Assembly (NCBI GenBank): GCA_040220235.1
Contig: JAVJTO010000060.1
Strand: one strand, 5' to 3'
DNA from: Coleofasciculus sp. B1-GNL1-01
GTDB lineage: Bacteria > Cyanobacteriota > Cyanobacteriia > Cyanobacteriales > Coleofasciculaceae
DNA length: 64,000 bases
Below, piece after piece: positions 50,185 to 59,984 of the stretch; positions within the stretch are counted from its first letter, which is position 1; each line of letters begins with the position of its first letter. The translations under genes were made by a program, and so were the position numbers. The notes beneath the pieces are model-generated. The model had not been told where the DNA came from, made no database searches, and saw nothing but the letters and a program-made list of their open reading frames with translations.

Positions 50185-52332
50185 ATGAGGAATTCTAGAA
50201 AGCCTCAATCCAGTCATTTAATGTATCTAAAATCACTATTGGTGATGTTTGCAGACACCTACAGTTCTGTCGCTGGGCGACAAAAGACCGAAATCCTTTG
50301 GGATACCTATGGTGTTCCCCATATTTATGGTAAGGATGTTCAGAGTCTCTTCCACGCTTTTGGTTGGGCGCAAATGCACAGCCATGGTAACTTGCTCTTG
50401 CGCCTCTACGGTCAAGCCCGTGGACGAGCAGCTGAATACTGGGGAGAAAGCTATGTAGAATCTGACCAGTGGGTGCGAACAATGGGTGTTCCTAGTCGCG
50501 CCCAGCAATGGTACGATGCACAAAATCCGACGTTTCGCAACTACCTTGATGCCTTTGCTGCTGGGATTAACGCCTATACTCAAAACCATGCTGAGTTAAT
50601 TGACGATGAGGTTAAGGGGGTGCTGCCTGTCAAGGGTGTAGATGTGCTGGCTCATGTCCATCGCTTGCTTAATTTCACCTTTATTGCTAAACCCCAGACT
50701 CTTGCCAGTTTAAGGGAAGAGTGGGAAAACCCTCAGGATACTTCTAAAGAATTCAACAAGCAAAACATCACACCCCAGAAACCATTAGGATCTAACGGTT
50801 GGGCGATCGCACCTTCTCGTTCTGCCAGTGGCAATGCTATGCTGCTAGCCAATCCTCACAACCCTTGGTCGGATTTATTTCTCTGGTATGAAGCTCAGCT
50901 CAATGCCCCAGGTGTCGATACCTACGGAGCAACTTTGGTCGGTATCCCAGTTTTAACGATTGGTTTCAATGATGATTTGGGCTGGACTCACACCGTCAAC
51001 AAATACAGTGGGTGGGATGCCTACGAGCTAACCTTAGCTGACGGGGGCTACCACTTTGACGGTAAAAGTCGCGCCTTTGAAACCGAAACACAAACGCTGA
51101 ACGTTAAGCAGCCTGATGGGACTCTACAGGAAAAACCTTTGACTGTACAACGTTCTGTCCATGGTCCGGTTATCGCCCAGAAGGATGGTAAAGCCCTTGC
51201 CTTACGTGTGGTTGGTCTTGACCAGCCAGGAGCATTAGAGCAATGGTGGAGGATGGGACTTGCCAAAAATCTAACTGAATTTGAAGCGGCGATCAAGCCT
51301 GTGCAAATTCCGATGTTCACGGTGATCTATGCGGATCGAGAGGGGCGTATCATGCACCTGTTTAATGGTCAAGTGCCAGTGCGCTCACAGGGCGATTATG
51401 CCTACTGGTCAGGCATTATTCCTGGCGACACCTCGACTACCTTGTGGACTCAATTTCACCCCTACGCCGATCTGCCTCGCGTCCTCGATCCCCAAAGCGG
51501 TTGGTTACAGAATGCAAACGACCCCCCCTGGACGACAACGTTTCCAGCACCCCTTAAACCCGATGATTATCCTGCTTACATGGTGCCGCGAGGTCCTATG
51601 GAGTTTCGGGCGCAACACTCCGCGAAAATGCTCAAGTCAGATGAACGGATTTCCTTTGAGACAATGGTTGAGTACAAACACTCGACCCACGTAGAACTAG
51701 CCGAACGTCTGCTGGACGATCTGATTACGGCGGCACGGCAACACGGTGGAGAGGTAGGGAAAAACGCGGCGGATGTACTGGAAACCTGGGATCGTAAAAC
51801 AGAATCTGATAGTCGTGGTGCAGTCCTGTTTGCATTCTGGAATGAAGAAGTCGATTTCTCGAACTTGTTTGCTGTTCCCTGGAATGAGCAAGAGCCATTA
51901 ACTACACCCAATGGTCTTGCCGATCCAGTTAGTGCCGTGACAGCCTTGGAAGCCGCTGCTCAAAGGGTTATAGCAACCTATGGAACACTGGACGTACCTT
52001 GGGGAGACGTTTTCCGGCTACGCTCTGGTAATTTAGACTTACCAGCCAATGGAGGTGACGTTGATATTTTTCGCAACCTCTGGTTTAGTCCTTTAGAAGA
52101 TGGACGTTTTGAAGCCATTGGTGGGGATTCCTATGTTGCCGCGATCGAGTTTTCTAATCCAGTCCGGGCGATGGCACTCACCAGTTACGGGAATGCCACT
52201 CAACCCAACTCACCCCATGTTGGCGATCAGCTAGAGCTGTTTGCCAAGAAACAGTTGCGACCGATTTGGCGATCGCGCCAGGAAATAGAATCTCATTTGG
52301 CTACCCGCCAGGTCTTTACTGATGTGGAATAA
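50185..52332 (+). CDS. Ntn-hydrolase acylase (penicillin amidase/PvdQ family)
   Basis: EILWDTYGVPHI, GSNGWAI (beta-subunit Ser nucleophile), LLANPH, WTHTVN, QNANDPPW. Confidence 0.9.
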   Translation: MRNSRKPQSSHLMYLKSLLVMFADTYSSVAGRQKTEILWDTYGVPHIYGKDVQSLFHAFGWAQMHSHGNLLLRLYGQARGRAAEYWGESYVESDQWVRTMGVPSRAQQWYDAQNPTFRNYLDAFAAGINAYTQNHAELIDDEVKGVLPVKGVDVLAHVHRLLNFTFIAKPQTLASLREEWENPQDTSKEFNKQNITPQKPLGSNGWAIAPSRSASGNAMLLANPHNPWSDLFLWYEAQLNAPGVDTYGATLVGIPVLTIGFNDDLGWTHTVNKYSGWDAYELTLADGGYHFDGKSRAFETETQTLNVKQPDGTLQEKPLTVQRSVHGPVIAQKDGKALALRVVGLDQPGALEQWWRMGLAKNLTEFEAAIKPVQIPMFTVIYADREGRIMHLFNGQVPVRSQGDYAYWSGIIPGDTSTTLWTQFHPYADLPRVLDPQSGWLQNANDPPWTTTFPAPLKPDDYPAYMVPRGPMEFRAQHSAKMLKSDERISFETMVEYKHSTHVELAERLLDDLITAARQHGGEVGKNAADVLETWDRKTESDSRGAVLFAFWNEEVDFSNLFAVPWNEQEPLTTPNGLADPVSAVTALEAAAQRVIATYGTLDVPWGDVFRLRSGNLDLPANGGDVDIFRNLWFSPLEDGRFEAIGGDSYVAAIEFSNPVRAMALTSYGNATQPNSPHVGDQLELFAKKQLRPIWRSRQEIESHLATRQVFTDVE

Positions 52333-52384
52333 AACTACATCTGAAGTTCAATGTTTGTTGCAAAATTGAATAGATTTCTAGAAG

Positions 52385-53128
52385 ATGGATTACCTCATTG
52401 TCCCTGGAGTTACCTATCCTAAACCCAATCCCCAGGCAAACTTACGTTTGTTTTGTTTTCCATACGCTGGAGGTGCTGCTCGGATATTTCGGACGTGGAG
52501 TGATAGTCTACCAAAAACGGTGGAGGTTTGTCCTGTTGAATTACCTGGACGGGGAAAGCAGATACGGTTTGCTCCTTTTACCAGATTACAGCCCCTCGTT
52601 CAGGCGATCGCGCAATCCCTGCTTCCCTATTTAGACCAACCCTTTGCTTTCTTTGGTCACAGTATGGGAGGATTGATTGCCTTTGAGCTGACTCATTATT
52701 TACGTCAACAGTACGGATTAAATCCGGTTCACCTGTTTATATCCGGTCGTCGCGCCCCGCAAATTCCTGATCCCGATCCCCCCATCCATGAACTACCTGA
52801 TTCAGAATTCCTCGAAGAGTTACGCCGTCTCAATGGTACACCCCAAGCTGTGCTAGAGAATGCCGAACTGATGCAGTTTGTTCTGCCTATCCTGCGATCG
52901 GATTTTGCGGTGCTTGAAACCTATGTTTACACCCCTAAGTCACCCCTGAATTGTCCGATTTCCTCCTTTGGGGGTTCGGATGATCCAGAAGCGACCTGGG
53001 ATGATTTGGACGGATGGCGGATTCAGACTAGAGCTGCATTCTCACTGCGTATGTTGCCTGGAGATCACTTCTTTTTGCATTCAGCCGAGAGGTTGCTGTT
53101 GCCAATTATTGCCGAGAATTGTCATTGA
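52385..53128 (+). CDS. Type II thioesterase (GrsT-like)
   Basis: RLFCFPYAGG, VELPGRG, FGHSMG, PGDHFF. Confidence 0.92.
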   Translation: MDYLIVPGVTYPKPNPQANLRLFCFPYAGGAARIFRTWSDSLPKTVEVCPVELPGRGKQIRFAPFTRLQPLVQAIAQSLLPYLDQPFAFFGHSMGGLIAFELTHYLRQQYGLNPVHLFISGRRAPQIPDPDPPIHELPDSEFLEELRRLNGTPQAVLENAELMQFVLPILRSDFAVLETYVYTPKSPLNCPISSFGGSDDPEATWDDLDGWRIQTRAAFSLRMLPGDHFFLHSAERLLLPIIAENCH

Positions 53129-53146
53129 CAAAGCGTGCGATCGCCT

Positions 53147-53548
53147 CTACTGTCTCTGAGCAGCGATCGCTAATTTGGTTCCCTCAATTTGACGCAACCG
53201 ATCCATCACACTTACCACCCGACCATGATCGACTTTTTCATCAGCATTGACAATGACCAGGGATTCACTATTCGGCACAACTAAAGCGCGAACCGCTTCT
53301 TCAAGCGCCTCTAATTCAATCGACTGGCGATTCAGTGCAATCTCTCCATCCGGCTGAATCGTAACCGTAATTTCAGTACTCGGCTGATTTTGGGCAGTTG
53401 TCGCATCCGGTAAATTCACCGACAACCCTTCTGAACGGGTCAAATATAGCGTCGAAATAATGAAAAATGCCAAAATCGAGAAAATCACATCGATCATCGG
53501 CACGATGTTGATTTCTCCTGGCTTCTCTGACTCATCGGGAAGCCGCAT
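53147..53548 (-). CDS. exbD: Biopolymer transport protein ExbD
   Basis: EINIVPMIDVIFSILAFFI, VNADEKVDHGRVVSVMD; start at MRLPDE. Confidence 0.92.
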   Translation of the reverse strand: MRLPDESEKPGEINIVPMIDVIFSILAFFIISTLYLTRSEGLSVNLPDATTAQNQPSTEITVTIQPDGEIALNRQSIELEALEEAVRALVVPNSESLVIVNADEKVDHGRVVSVMDRLRQIEGTKLAIAAQRQ

Positions 53549-54182
53549 AAACCTCTCTCCTTTGCTCATATTGACGACGATAAAGCAGTTCTAACTGACC
53601 GCCATATTCCTGAATCAACGCCAGTTGTCGCTGATAAAAGCTTCGGAATATATTGGCGAAAAAGAGGGTGAAAATTGCCACAACCAACCCCATGACAGTT
53701 GAAACCAAAGCTTCGGAAATTCCTCCCGTGACTCCCGTCGTGCGGGTTCCCCCAACATCACCAATATTCAGCGAAGAAAACGCTGTGATCAAACCCAAAA
53801 TTGTTCCCAAAAGACCGAGGAGAGGAGCAATACCAACAATCGTATCAAACACGGTATTAAATCGCTTCAACGTTGGCAATTCTGCCTGCGCTGCACTCTC
53901 TAAAGCCAGACGGAATTCCTCCGGGTTCGGGTTATCGAGTTCTAACGCTTCGAGAAAAATTTTGGCGATCGGCAAATCAGCATTCTGCTGTAGATAGTTA
54001 ACCGCCGCGTCTGGCTTTTCTCGGTAAACCTTCAGAAAGTCTCTCACAACTCGGCGTTGCCGACGAGTGACCCGAAACCAGAAAAACAATCGCTCTACAA
54101 TCAGGGCGACTGCCGCCAGGGAAAATAGGAGTAGGGGCCAAGCGACGATTCCGCCTGCCTGGAAAAATGGAATAATGGGCAT
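53532..54182 (-). CDS. exbB: MotA/TolQ/ExbB proton channel
   Basis: APLLGLLGTILG, GISEALVSTVMGLVVAI; directly upstream of exbD. Confidence 0.9.
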   Translation of the reverse strand: MPIIPFFQAGGIVAWPLLLFSLAAVALIVERLFFWFRVTRRQRRVVRDFLKVYREKPDAAVNYLQQNADLPIAKIFLEALELDNPNPEEFRLALESAAQAELPTLKRFNTVFDTIVGIAPLLGLLGTILGLITAFSSLNIGDVGGTRTTGVTGGISEALVSTVMGLVVAIFTLFFANIFRSFYQRQLALIQEYGGQLELLYRRQYEQRREVYAASR

Positions 54183-54247
54183 AGCCTCTCTTGCAATTGT
54201 GATTCAACAAGCTCAGCCAGCTTTCCGGCGTACCGTGAGAGTACAAG

Positions 54248-54296
54248 CTGATAATTATTTTCAATAGATGTATTGCTAAATCGGTTTCCTTGTCAA
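54248..54296 (-). promoter_or_regulatory. Fur-box-like operator and -35 element upstream of exbB
   Basis: Minus strand: TTGACA (54296-54291), then ATTGAAAATAATTATCAG (54265-54248). The -10 is not clear. Confidence 0.65.
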
Positions 54297-54437
54297 GGTG
54301 TTGAGCGAAATATTTTTCGTTACTCAAGAGTCGCCAGGACATTTAGCGATCGCTTACCTAGACAAAACCACCCTATAATAGGGCGTTTAGCGACTCTTGG
54401 AGGGACTAACTGCTACGATTACCGGAACTTTTCCTAC

Positions 54438-54494
54438 TTGACAGGGAGAGTCAATTGTTATATTTTAAGCAAATTTGTTGAAAATAACTATCAA
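54438..54494 (+). promoter_or_regulatory. Putative promoter plus Fur-box-like operator upstream of tonB
   Basis: TTGACA(54438)-17 nt-TATTTT, then TTGAAAATAACTATCAA (54478-54494). Confidence 0.65.
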
Positions 54495-54641
54495 AACTAT
54501 TTTGTGGATATTCGTGACTAGGTTTGTCATGTTATACTTGCCAAGTTCATTTATTGTTTCACCGTTAATGCAACTTATATGCAATAATCTGGAGTGGTTG
54601 AGACGATAGGCGCTTGAGTAATCAGGAAAGGTGCGTAGCGT

Positions 54642-56411
54642 ATGAGCATATCGAGCTTCTGTATAGAGCAGCACAAAAAGGAACAAGAGGCTCTCAAAAA
54701 GTTTCTCATCTATAGCTTTGCCGGGAGTGCGGTGCTGCATATAGTGCTGGCTCTTGGCATAAGCTGGGCTTGGGAAACAAGACCAGAAATTGCCGAAGAC
54801 CCTATTGAAATCATACTTGTGGAGGAACCTGAAGTACCTAAACCAGAAGAACAACCTCTAAAAGAGACTCCAAAGCCAAAACCAAAGGCAGTTGAAACCC
54901 CAACTCCACCGCAACCGACCAAAACCCAGATACCAGAGCTAATTAAACCGCAGCAACGGGCTGACGCTTTACCTCAAAAACCCGTTAAGCAACCCGTACC
55001 CGCTATACCAGCAACACCTCAAAAACCCGTAACGCCACCTGCACCCACCTCAGTAGAGCCACCCACTGAACCGACAAGGGAAAGCAGACCCGTTGTTACA
55101 CCTCCCTCAGAACCCGTTCGTGAACCCTCAGAACCTGATCCCCTATCACCACCTGAACCCGTCGCCATTAATAATTCAGCACCACCCCGCCCAGAGAACA
55201 ACTCCCAACCGCTTCAGACTGACTCAGACGTAGAAAACATTAGAGAACGCTTAAGCGAACCAACGACGACAGAATCAGCCGCGTCCCCCAATGATGACGC
55301 CTCTGAAGCCGACCCCACATCCCCAGGTGAAGTGGCAACAAATCCCTCAGCCCCCCCACAACCCAGAGGAGTTTCTGGAATACTTTCGGATGCATCAAAG
55401 ATTACTAGGCAAATCAGAGAGCGCTTAGGCGGTAGCCCTTCAGAATCGACATCTCCAAGTGCTGAAGACTCAATGGCTGACCCTGGCTCGCCAGGAACAG
55501 TGGCAACTAATCCCTCAGCCCCTACACGACCCCGCAGTAGTTCCCAACCGCTTTCCGGCTCCGCCTCGGGTTCGGAGCAATTGAGAGAAAGCTTGGGCGG
55601 TAGCAGTTCTGCCGAACGAGCTTCATCAAGTGAAGGCGACTCAATGGCTGACCCTAGCTCGCCCGGCGCAGTGGCAACCAATCCCTCAGCCCCGACGCGA
55701 CCCAGTGGTAGTTCCCAACCACTTCCCGGCTCCGCCTCGGGTTCGGAGCAATTGAGAGAAAGCTTGGGCGGTGACAGTTCTGCCGAACGAGCTTCATCAA
55801 GTGAGGGTGGCTCAATGGCTGACCCTGGCTCCCCAGGCGCAGTAGCAACCAATCCCTCAGCACCCACGCGACCCGCAGGCAATTCTGAGTCACTCCCCGT
55901 TTCCTCAGCAGCAGGTTGCGTGGCGACAAGCAAGCCGGAATTTCCATCATCACTAGCCAATCAAGGTATCGAAGCGAGACCCGTTGTCGAATTAATTGTC
56001 GATGGAAGCGGTCAGGTCATCGAGTCGAAGCTCGTGGAACCCAGCCCCTATCCTGCCGTTAATCAAGCTGCCCTTGAAACGGTAACAAGTGTGAGTTGTC
56101 CAGCACAAGGTAACCGCCGTCGAGTACGAATGGGAATTAGTTTTGCTCAGGAGGGAACTGACTTTGAACGGGAAGCCCGTCAACGCGCCGAACAGCTAGA
56201 ACAGGAACGTCGAGAACGGGAACGTCAGGCGCAGCTGGAACGGGAACGTCAAGAACGGGAACGTCAAGCGCAGCTAGAACGGGAACGTCAAGAACAAGAG
56301 CGTCAAGAGCAACTCGAACAAGAACGCCTGGAACAAGAACGTCAAGAACAACTTGAACGCGAACGCCTAGAACAGGTGGAAGAATTACCCCCTCCCGAAC
56401 CTACAGAGTAA
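54642..56411 (+). CDS. tonB: TonB-family energy transducer with long repetitive linker and E/R/Q-rich C-terminal tail
   Basis: N-terminal TM with SAVLH (SxxxH); Pro-rich spacer; TonB_C-like PEFPSSLANQGIEARPVVELIVDGSGQV...NQAALE; divergent from exbBD. Confidence 0.8.
   Translation: MSISSFCIEQHKKEQEALKKFLIYSFAGSAVLHIVLALGISWAWETRPEIAEDPIEIILVEEPEVPKPEEQPLKETPKPKPKAVETPTPPQPTKTQIPELIKPQQRADALPQKPVKQPVPAIPATPQKPVTPPAPTSVEPPTEPTRESRPVVTPPSEPVREPSEPDPLSPPEPVAINNSAPPRPENNSQPLQTDSDVENIRERLSEPTTTESAASPNDDASEADPTSPGEVATNPSAPPQPRGVSGILSDASKITRQIRERLGGSPSESTSPSAEDSMADPGSPGTVATNPSAPTRPRSSSQPLSGSASGSEQLRESLGGSSSAERASSSEGDSMADPSSPGAVATNPSAPTRPSGSSQPLPGSASGSEQLRESLGGDSSAERASSSEGGSMADPGSPGAVATNPSAPTRPAGNSESLPVSSAAGCVATSKPEFPSSLANQGIEARPVVELIVDGSGQVIESKLVEPSPYPAVNQAALETVTSVSCPAQGNRRRVRMGISFAQEGTDFEREARQRAEQLEQERRERERQAQLERERQERERQAQLERERQEQERQEQLEQERLEQERQEQLERERLEQVEELPPPEPTE
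55470..55875 (+). repeat. 171-bp (57-aa) tandem repeat inside tonB
   Basis: TCAATGGCTGACCC recurs at 55470, 55641 and 55812. Two more diverged copies lie upstream (about 55140 and 55300). Confidence 0.9.
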
Positions 56412-56495
56412 AAATGTAATCCAATGCTAGATGCAATCTCTAAAAATAACTCAACAATTAGCCCCATCTATTTCAATAAAGGAGGTATTGGTCTA

Positions 56496-57557
56496 ATGCT
56501 TCGTACAATCGGACGATTTGGAATAACCTTACTCATTGCCTCAAGTGTAGATATTGCCAGCCACGTTATCAATCCCTCGATCGCAGTAGCAGGTGTCGTC
56601 ACGTTACCCGATGGGGGTCGCTGCGAAGGACCAATGAGCAACGGTAACCTCAACGGTGAGGTCGTATGTGAATACGCAAATGGCGATCGCTATGAAGGAA
56701 ACTTTGTCGATGGCAACAAGAAAGGTCAAGGCACTTACACCTTTGCTGATGGCGGTCGTTATGAAGGTGAGTTTAGCAACGACCAACCCAATGGCAAAGG
56801 AGTCCGGGTGTACGAAAATGGCGATCGCTATGAAGGGGAGTTTAAGGACGGTCAGCCTAATGGCACGGGAGCCTATATTAGCGCCGATGGCGGTCGCTAT
56901 GAGGGACAGTTTACGGATGGCAATCCTAGCGGTACAGGAGCCTTTATTTTAGCCAATGGCGATCGCTGTGAAGGGGAAATTCAAGACAGTAGCCTTAATG
57001 GGATGGGGGTGTGCGACTATGCGAATGGCGATCGCTATGAAGGTGAACTGAGTGATGGTAAGCCGAACGGTCAAGGAGTCTACACCTTCTCTGAGGGGGG
57101 GCGCTACGAAGGAACGTTTAGTAATGGTCAGTTCAGTGGCAAAGGGGTTCGGGACTATGCCAATGGTAATCGCTACGAAGGGGAATTTAGTAATGGCAAA
57201 CCCGAGGGTCAAGGGGTGTACGTCTTCGCTAATGGAAACCGCTACGAAGGTCAATTCAGTAACGGTCAATTTAACGGCGAAGGTGTTTTCACCGACGCCA
57301 ATGGTAATCGTTACGAAGGACAGTTTAGTAACGGTAAGTTCAACGGCACTGGAATTTATACGTTTGCGAATGGCGATCGCTGCGAAGGACAGTTCAGTGA
57401 GGGTCAGTTAAACGGCAAAGCTGTCTGTAACTATGCCAGTGGGGATAGCTTTGAAGGAGAATTCCGCAATGGACAAAGGCAGGGAGAAGGTGTCTATATT
57501 TTCGCTGACGGAACCCGTGTGGAGGGAAATTGGGAAAATGGGGAAATGAAAAATTAG
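56496..57557 (+). CDS. MORN-repeat protein, probably exported
   Basis: Many 23-aa YEG(E/Q)FxxGxxxGxGxxxxxxGxR repeats after a signal-like N-terminus. Start 56496 preferred; 56424 is possible. Confidence 0.88.
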   Translation: MLRTIGRFGITLLIASSVDIASHVINPSIAVAGVVTLPDGGRCEGPMSNGNLNGEVVCEYANGDRYEGNFVDGNKKGQGTYTFADGGRYEGEFSNDQPNGKGVRVYENGDRYEGEFKDGQPNGTGAYISADGGRYEGQFTDGNPSGTGAFILANGDRCEGEIQDSSLNGMGVCDYANGDRYEGELSDGKPNGQGVYTFSEGGRYEGTFSNGQFSGKGVRDYANGNRYEGEFSNGKPEGQGVYVFANGNRYEGQFSNGQFNGEGVFTDANGNRYEGQFSNGKFNGTGIYTFANGDRCEGQFSEGQLNGKAVCNYASGDSFEGEFRNGQRQGEGVYIFADGTRVEGNWENGEMKN

Positions 57558-57682
57558 TTTGGGAATGGGGAATAGGTGATAGAAAGTTATGAATTATGAA
57601 TTCATAACTCTCTAAGACCTAGAACCTAAAATCTAAACCCTTTCGAGTTGAAATGGCAATAATTGATTAAAGGAAGAAGCGA

Positions 57683-58717
57683 TTGGCAAGCGAGATTGCT
57701 ACGGTAAGAGGGAAAAGTAGGGGGCGATCGCGCCTTTTACTCGCCGTGGGTTTGTCACTGAGTCTGTTCATTCTACTGATCAGCTTGGTGGCAAGCATTA
57801 CCTATGGTGCCGCCGATATTTCCTTCGATACTGTCTATACCGCTTTAACCGACTTTGATGGTTCTACCGATCACCTGATTATCCGCACAGTCAGATTGCC
57901 GCGATCGCTGATTGCCATGCTAGTGGGTGCCGCCCTTGCGGTGGCAGGTGCCCTGATGCAGGGATTAACTCGCAACCCTTTAGCGTCGCCGGGAATCCTG
58001 GGAGTTAATGCGGGTGCGGCAATGGCAGTCGTCATTGCTGTTTTCCTCTTCGGTTCATCTTCCCTGAGTGTCTATGCTTGGTGTGCCTTTGGGGGGGCAG
58101 GTGTTACGGCAATCACCGTCTATTTGCTCGGATCTCTGGGGCGAGGGGGACTGACTCCACTCAATCTGACGATTGCGGGTGCGGCATTGACTGCCTTACT
58201 GTCCTCACTCACCACTGCTATCCTCATCCTTAGCCAACAAACCCTCGATGAAATCCGCTTCTGGTTAGCTGGATCGGTGGCAGGTCGGGATTTCACGTTG
58301 TTTTTACAAGTACTGCCTTACATCGGCATTGGATTAGCGATCGCGTTTGCCTTAGGGAAACAAATGACCACCCTAACCCTGGGTGACGATGTGGCTAAAA
58401 GCTTGGGTCAACAAACCCTATGGGTGAAACTAACCGCCGCCGTGAGTGTGGTTTTGCTGGCAGGGAGCGCTGTCGCGGCGGCTGGTCCGATTGGATTTAT
58501 TGGTCTGGTGGTTCCCCACATCGTCCGCTTCTTAGTGGGTGTTGATTATCGCTGGATTCTGCCTTATTCTGCCGTTTTTGGTGCCATTTTACTCTTGATC
58601 GCCGATATCACTGCCAGGGTGTTGATTAGTCCTCAAGAATTGCCCGTGGGTGTCATGACTGCTCTAGTGGGCGCTCCGTTCTTCATCTATCTAGCGCGGT
58701 TCAAGGTGAGACGATGA
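57683..58717 (+). CDS. Fe-siderophore ABC transporter permease (FecCD/FhuB family)
   Basis: [43 protein letters not shown]. Confidence 0.92.
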   Translation: MASEIATVRGKSRGRSRLLLAVGLSLSLFILLISLVASITYGAADISFDTVYTALTDFDGSTDHLIIRTVRLPRSLIAMLVGAALAVAGALMQGLTRNPLASPGILGVNAGAAMAVVIAVFLFGSSSLSVYAWCAFGGAGVTAITVYLLGSLGRGGLTPLNLTIAGAALTALLSSLTTAILILSQQTLDEIRFWLAGSVAGRDFTLFLQVLPYIGIGLAIAFALGKQMTTLTLGDDVAKSLGQQTLWVKLTAAVSVVLLAGSAVAAAGPIGFIGLVVPHIVRFLVGVDYRWILPYSAVFGAILLLIADITARVLISPQELPVGVMTALVGAPFFIYLARFKVRR

Positions 58718-59760
58718 GAAAAAGCTGGCTGATTATTCGTCCCCGACTATTGCCGATATCGTTCCGTTTAGAACGGCGCGTACCAACCGTACTCCTCCTA
58801 TTAGTTTTGGTGACTCTCTTGGCGATCGTTATCAATGTGGGACAAGGGGAATATCCTATTCCACCATTGGCTGTTTTAAAAACGATTGTGGGGTTGCCGA
58901 CAGATAACTCCGACTATGCCTTTATTGTGAATGTGCTGCGGTTGCCCAGAACGTTAGTCGCCTTTGGGGTAGGAGTAGGATTAGCCATCTCTGGGACGAT
59001 TTTGCAAGGACTTACACGCAATCCCTTAGCCGATCCCGGCATCATTGGGGTGAATGCGGGTGCGAGTTTAGCGGCTGTTAGTTTAATCGTTTTATTTCCA
59101 GATGTGCCGCTGTTTGCCCTACCTTTGTCTGCCTTTGCTGGGGCGTTGGTTGTTGCTATCTTGATCTACCTTCTGGCTTGGGATAAGGGCAGTTCTCCCA
59201 TCCGGTTAATTCTCGTCGGTGTCGGGATAGCCGCTATCCTAGGGGCTTTGACGAATTTAATGGTCACGTTCGGAGAAATTAATAGTGTCAGTCAAGCATT
59301 AGTTTGGCTGGCGGGAAGTGTCTACGGACGGGGTTGGCAGCATGTTGGGGCATTATTCCCCTGGCTGGCGGTGTTTTTACCCCTGTCGTTAGCGCTTTCG
59401 ATGCAACTGAATACCCTCTCCCTGGGAGAGGATCTTGCCAGAGGACTGGGGGCGCGAGTGGAATGGCAGCGGGGTTTGTTATTGCTCATGAGTGCGGCAA
59501 TGGCGGGTGCGGCTGTGGCTGTGGCGGGTACGATTGGCTTTGTGGGATTGATGGCACCGCACTTGGGACGTCAGTTGGTTGGACCCAATCATGAGGGGTT
59601 AATGCCAACAGCCGCGCTGATGGGTGGACTAATTATTGTGCTGGCTGATTGGTTGGCACGAATACTCTTTGCGCCCATCGAGTTGCCCTGTGGTGCGATT
59701 ACTGCTGCTGTCGGTGCCCCTTATTTTCTCTATCTGCTGGTTCGCAACCGCAAGCGATGA
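58714..59760 (+). CDS. Fe-siderophore ABC transporter permease (FecCD/FhuG family)
   Basis: [39 protein letters not shown] overlap with the previous gene. Confidence 0.92.
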   Translation: MRKSWLIIRPRLLPISFRLERRVPTVLLLLVLVTLLAIVINVGQGEYPIPPLAVLKTIVGLPTDNSDYAFIVNVLRLPRTLVAFGVGVGLAISGTILQGLTRNPLADPGIIGVNAGASLAAVSLIVLFPDVPLFALPLSAFAGALVVAILIYLLAWDKGSSPIRLILVGVGIAAILGALTNLMVTFGEINSVSQALVWLAGSVYGRGWQHVGALFPWLAVFLPLSLALSMQLNTLSLGEDLARGLGARVEWQRGLLLLMSAAMAGAAVAVAGTIGFVGLMAPHLGRQLVGPNHEGLMPTAALMGGLIIVLADWLARILFAPIELPCGAITAAVGAPYFLYLLVRNRKR

Positions 59761-59867
59761 CCCTATTTAATTTAGGGGTTGCTGAATAAGTGTTGTGGTG
59801 AGGGGGAGCGGGGGAAGCTGGGGGAGATAGGGGAGATAGGGGAGGTGAACTCAAAACTCTACCTTAC

Positions 59868-59945
59868 CTATTGCCCATTCCCGATTGCCCATTGCCCATT
59901 GCCCATTGCCCATTGCCCATTGCCCATTGCCTGTTCCCTGTTCCC
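59868..59945 (+). repeat. Heptamer short tandem repeat (CCATTGC)n and variants
   Basis: Directly visible between the permease and the ATPase; preceded by G-rich 9-mers at about 59805-59845. Confidence 0.85.
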
Positions 59946-59984
59946 TTTCCTAACCAAAATGTCCCGCTTTAGACCGATAACCAA

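Noticed and set aside
55214..55960. 248-aa antisense ORF with repeats
   Set aside because: It is the reverse complement of the tonB repeat region, with no independent evidence.
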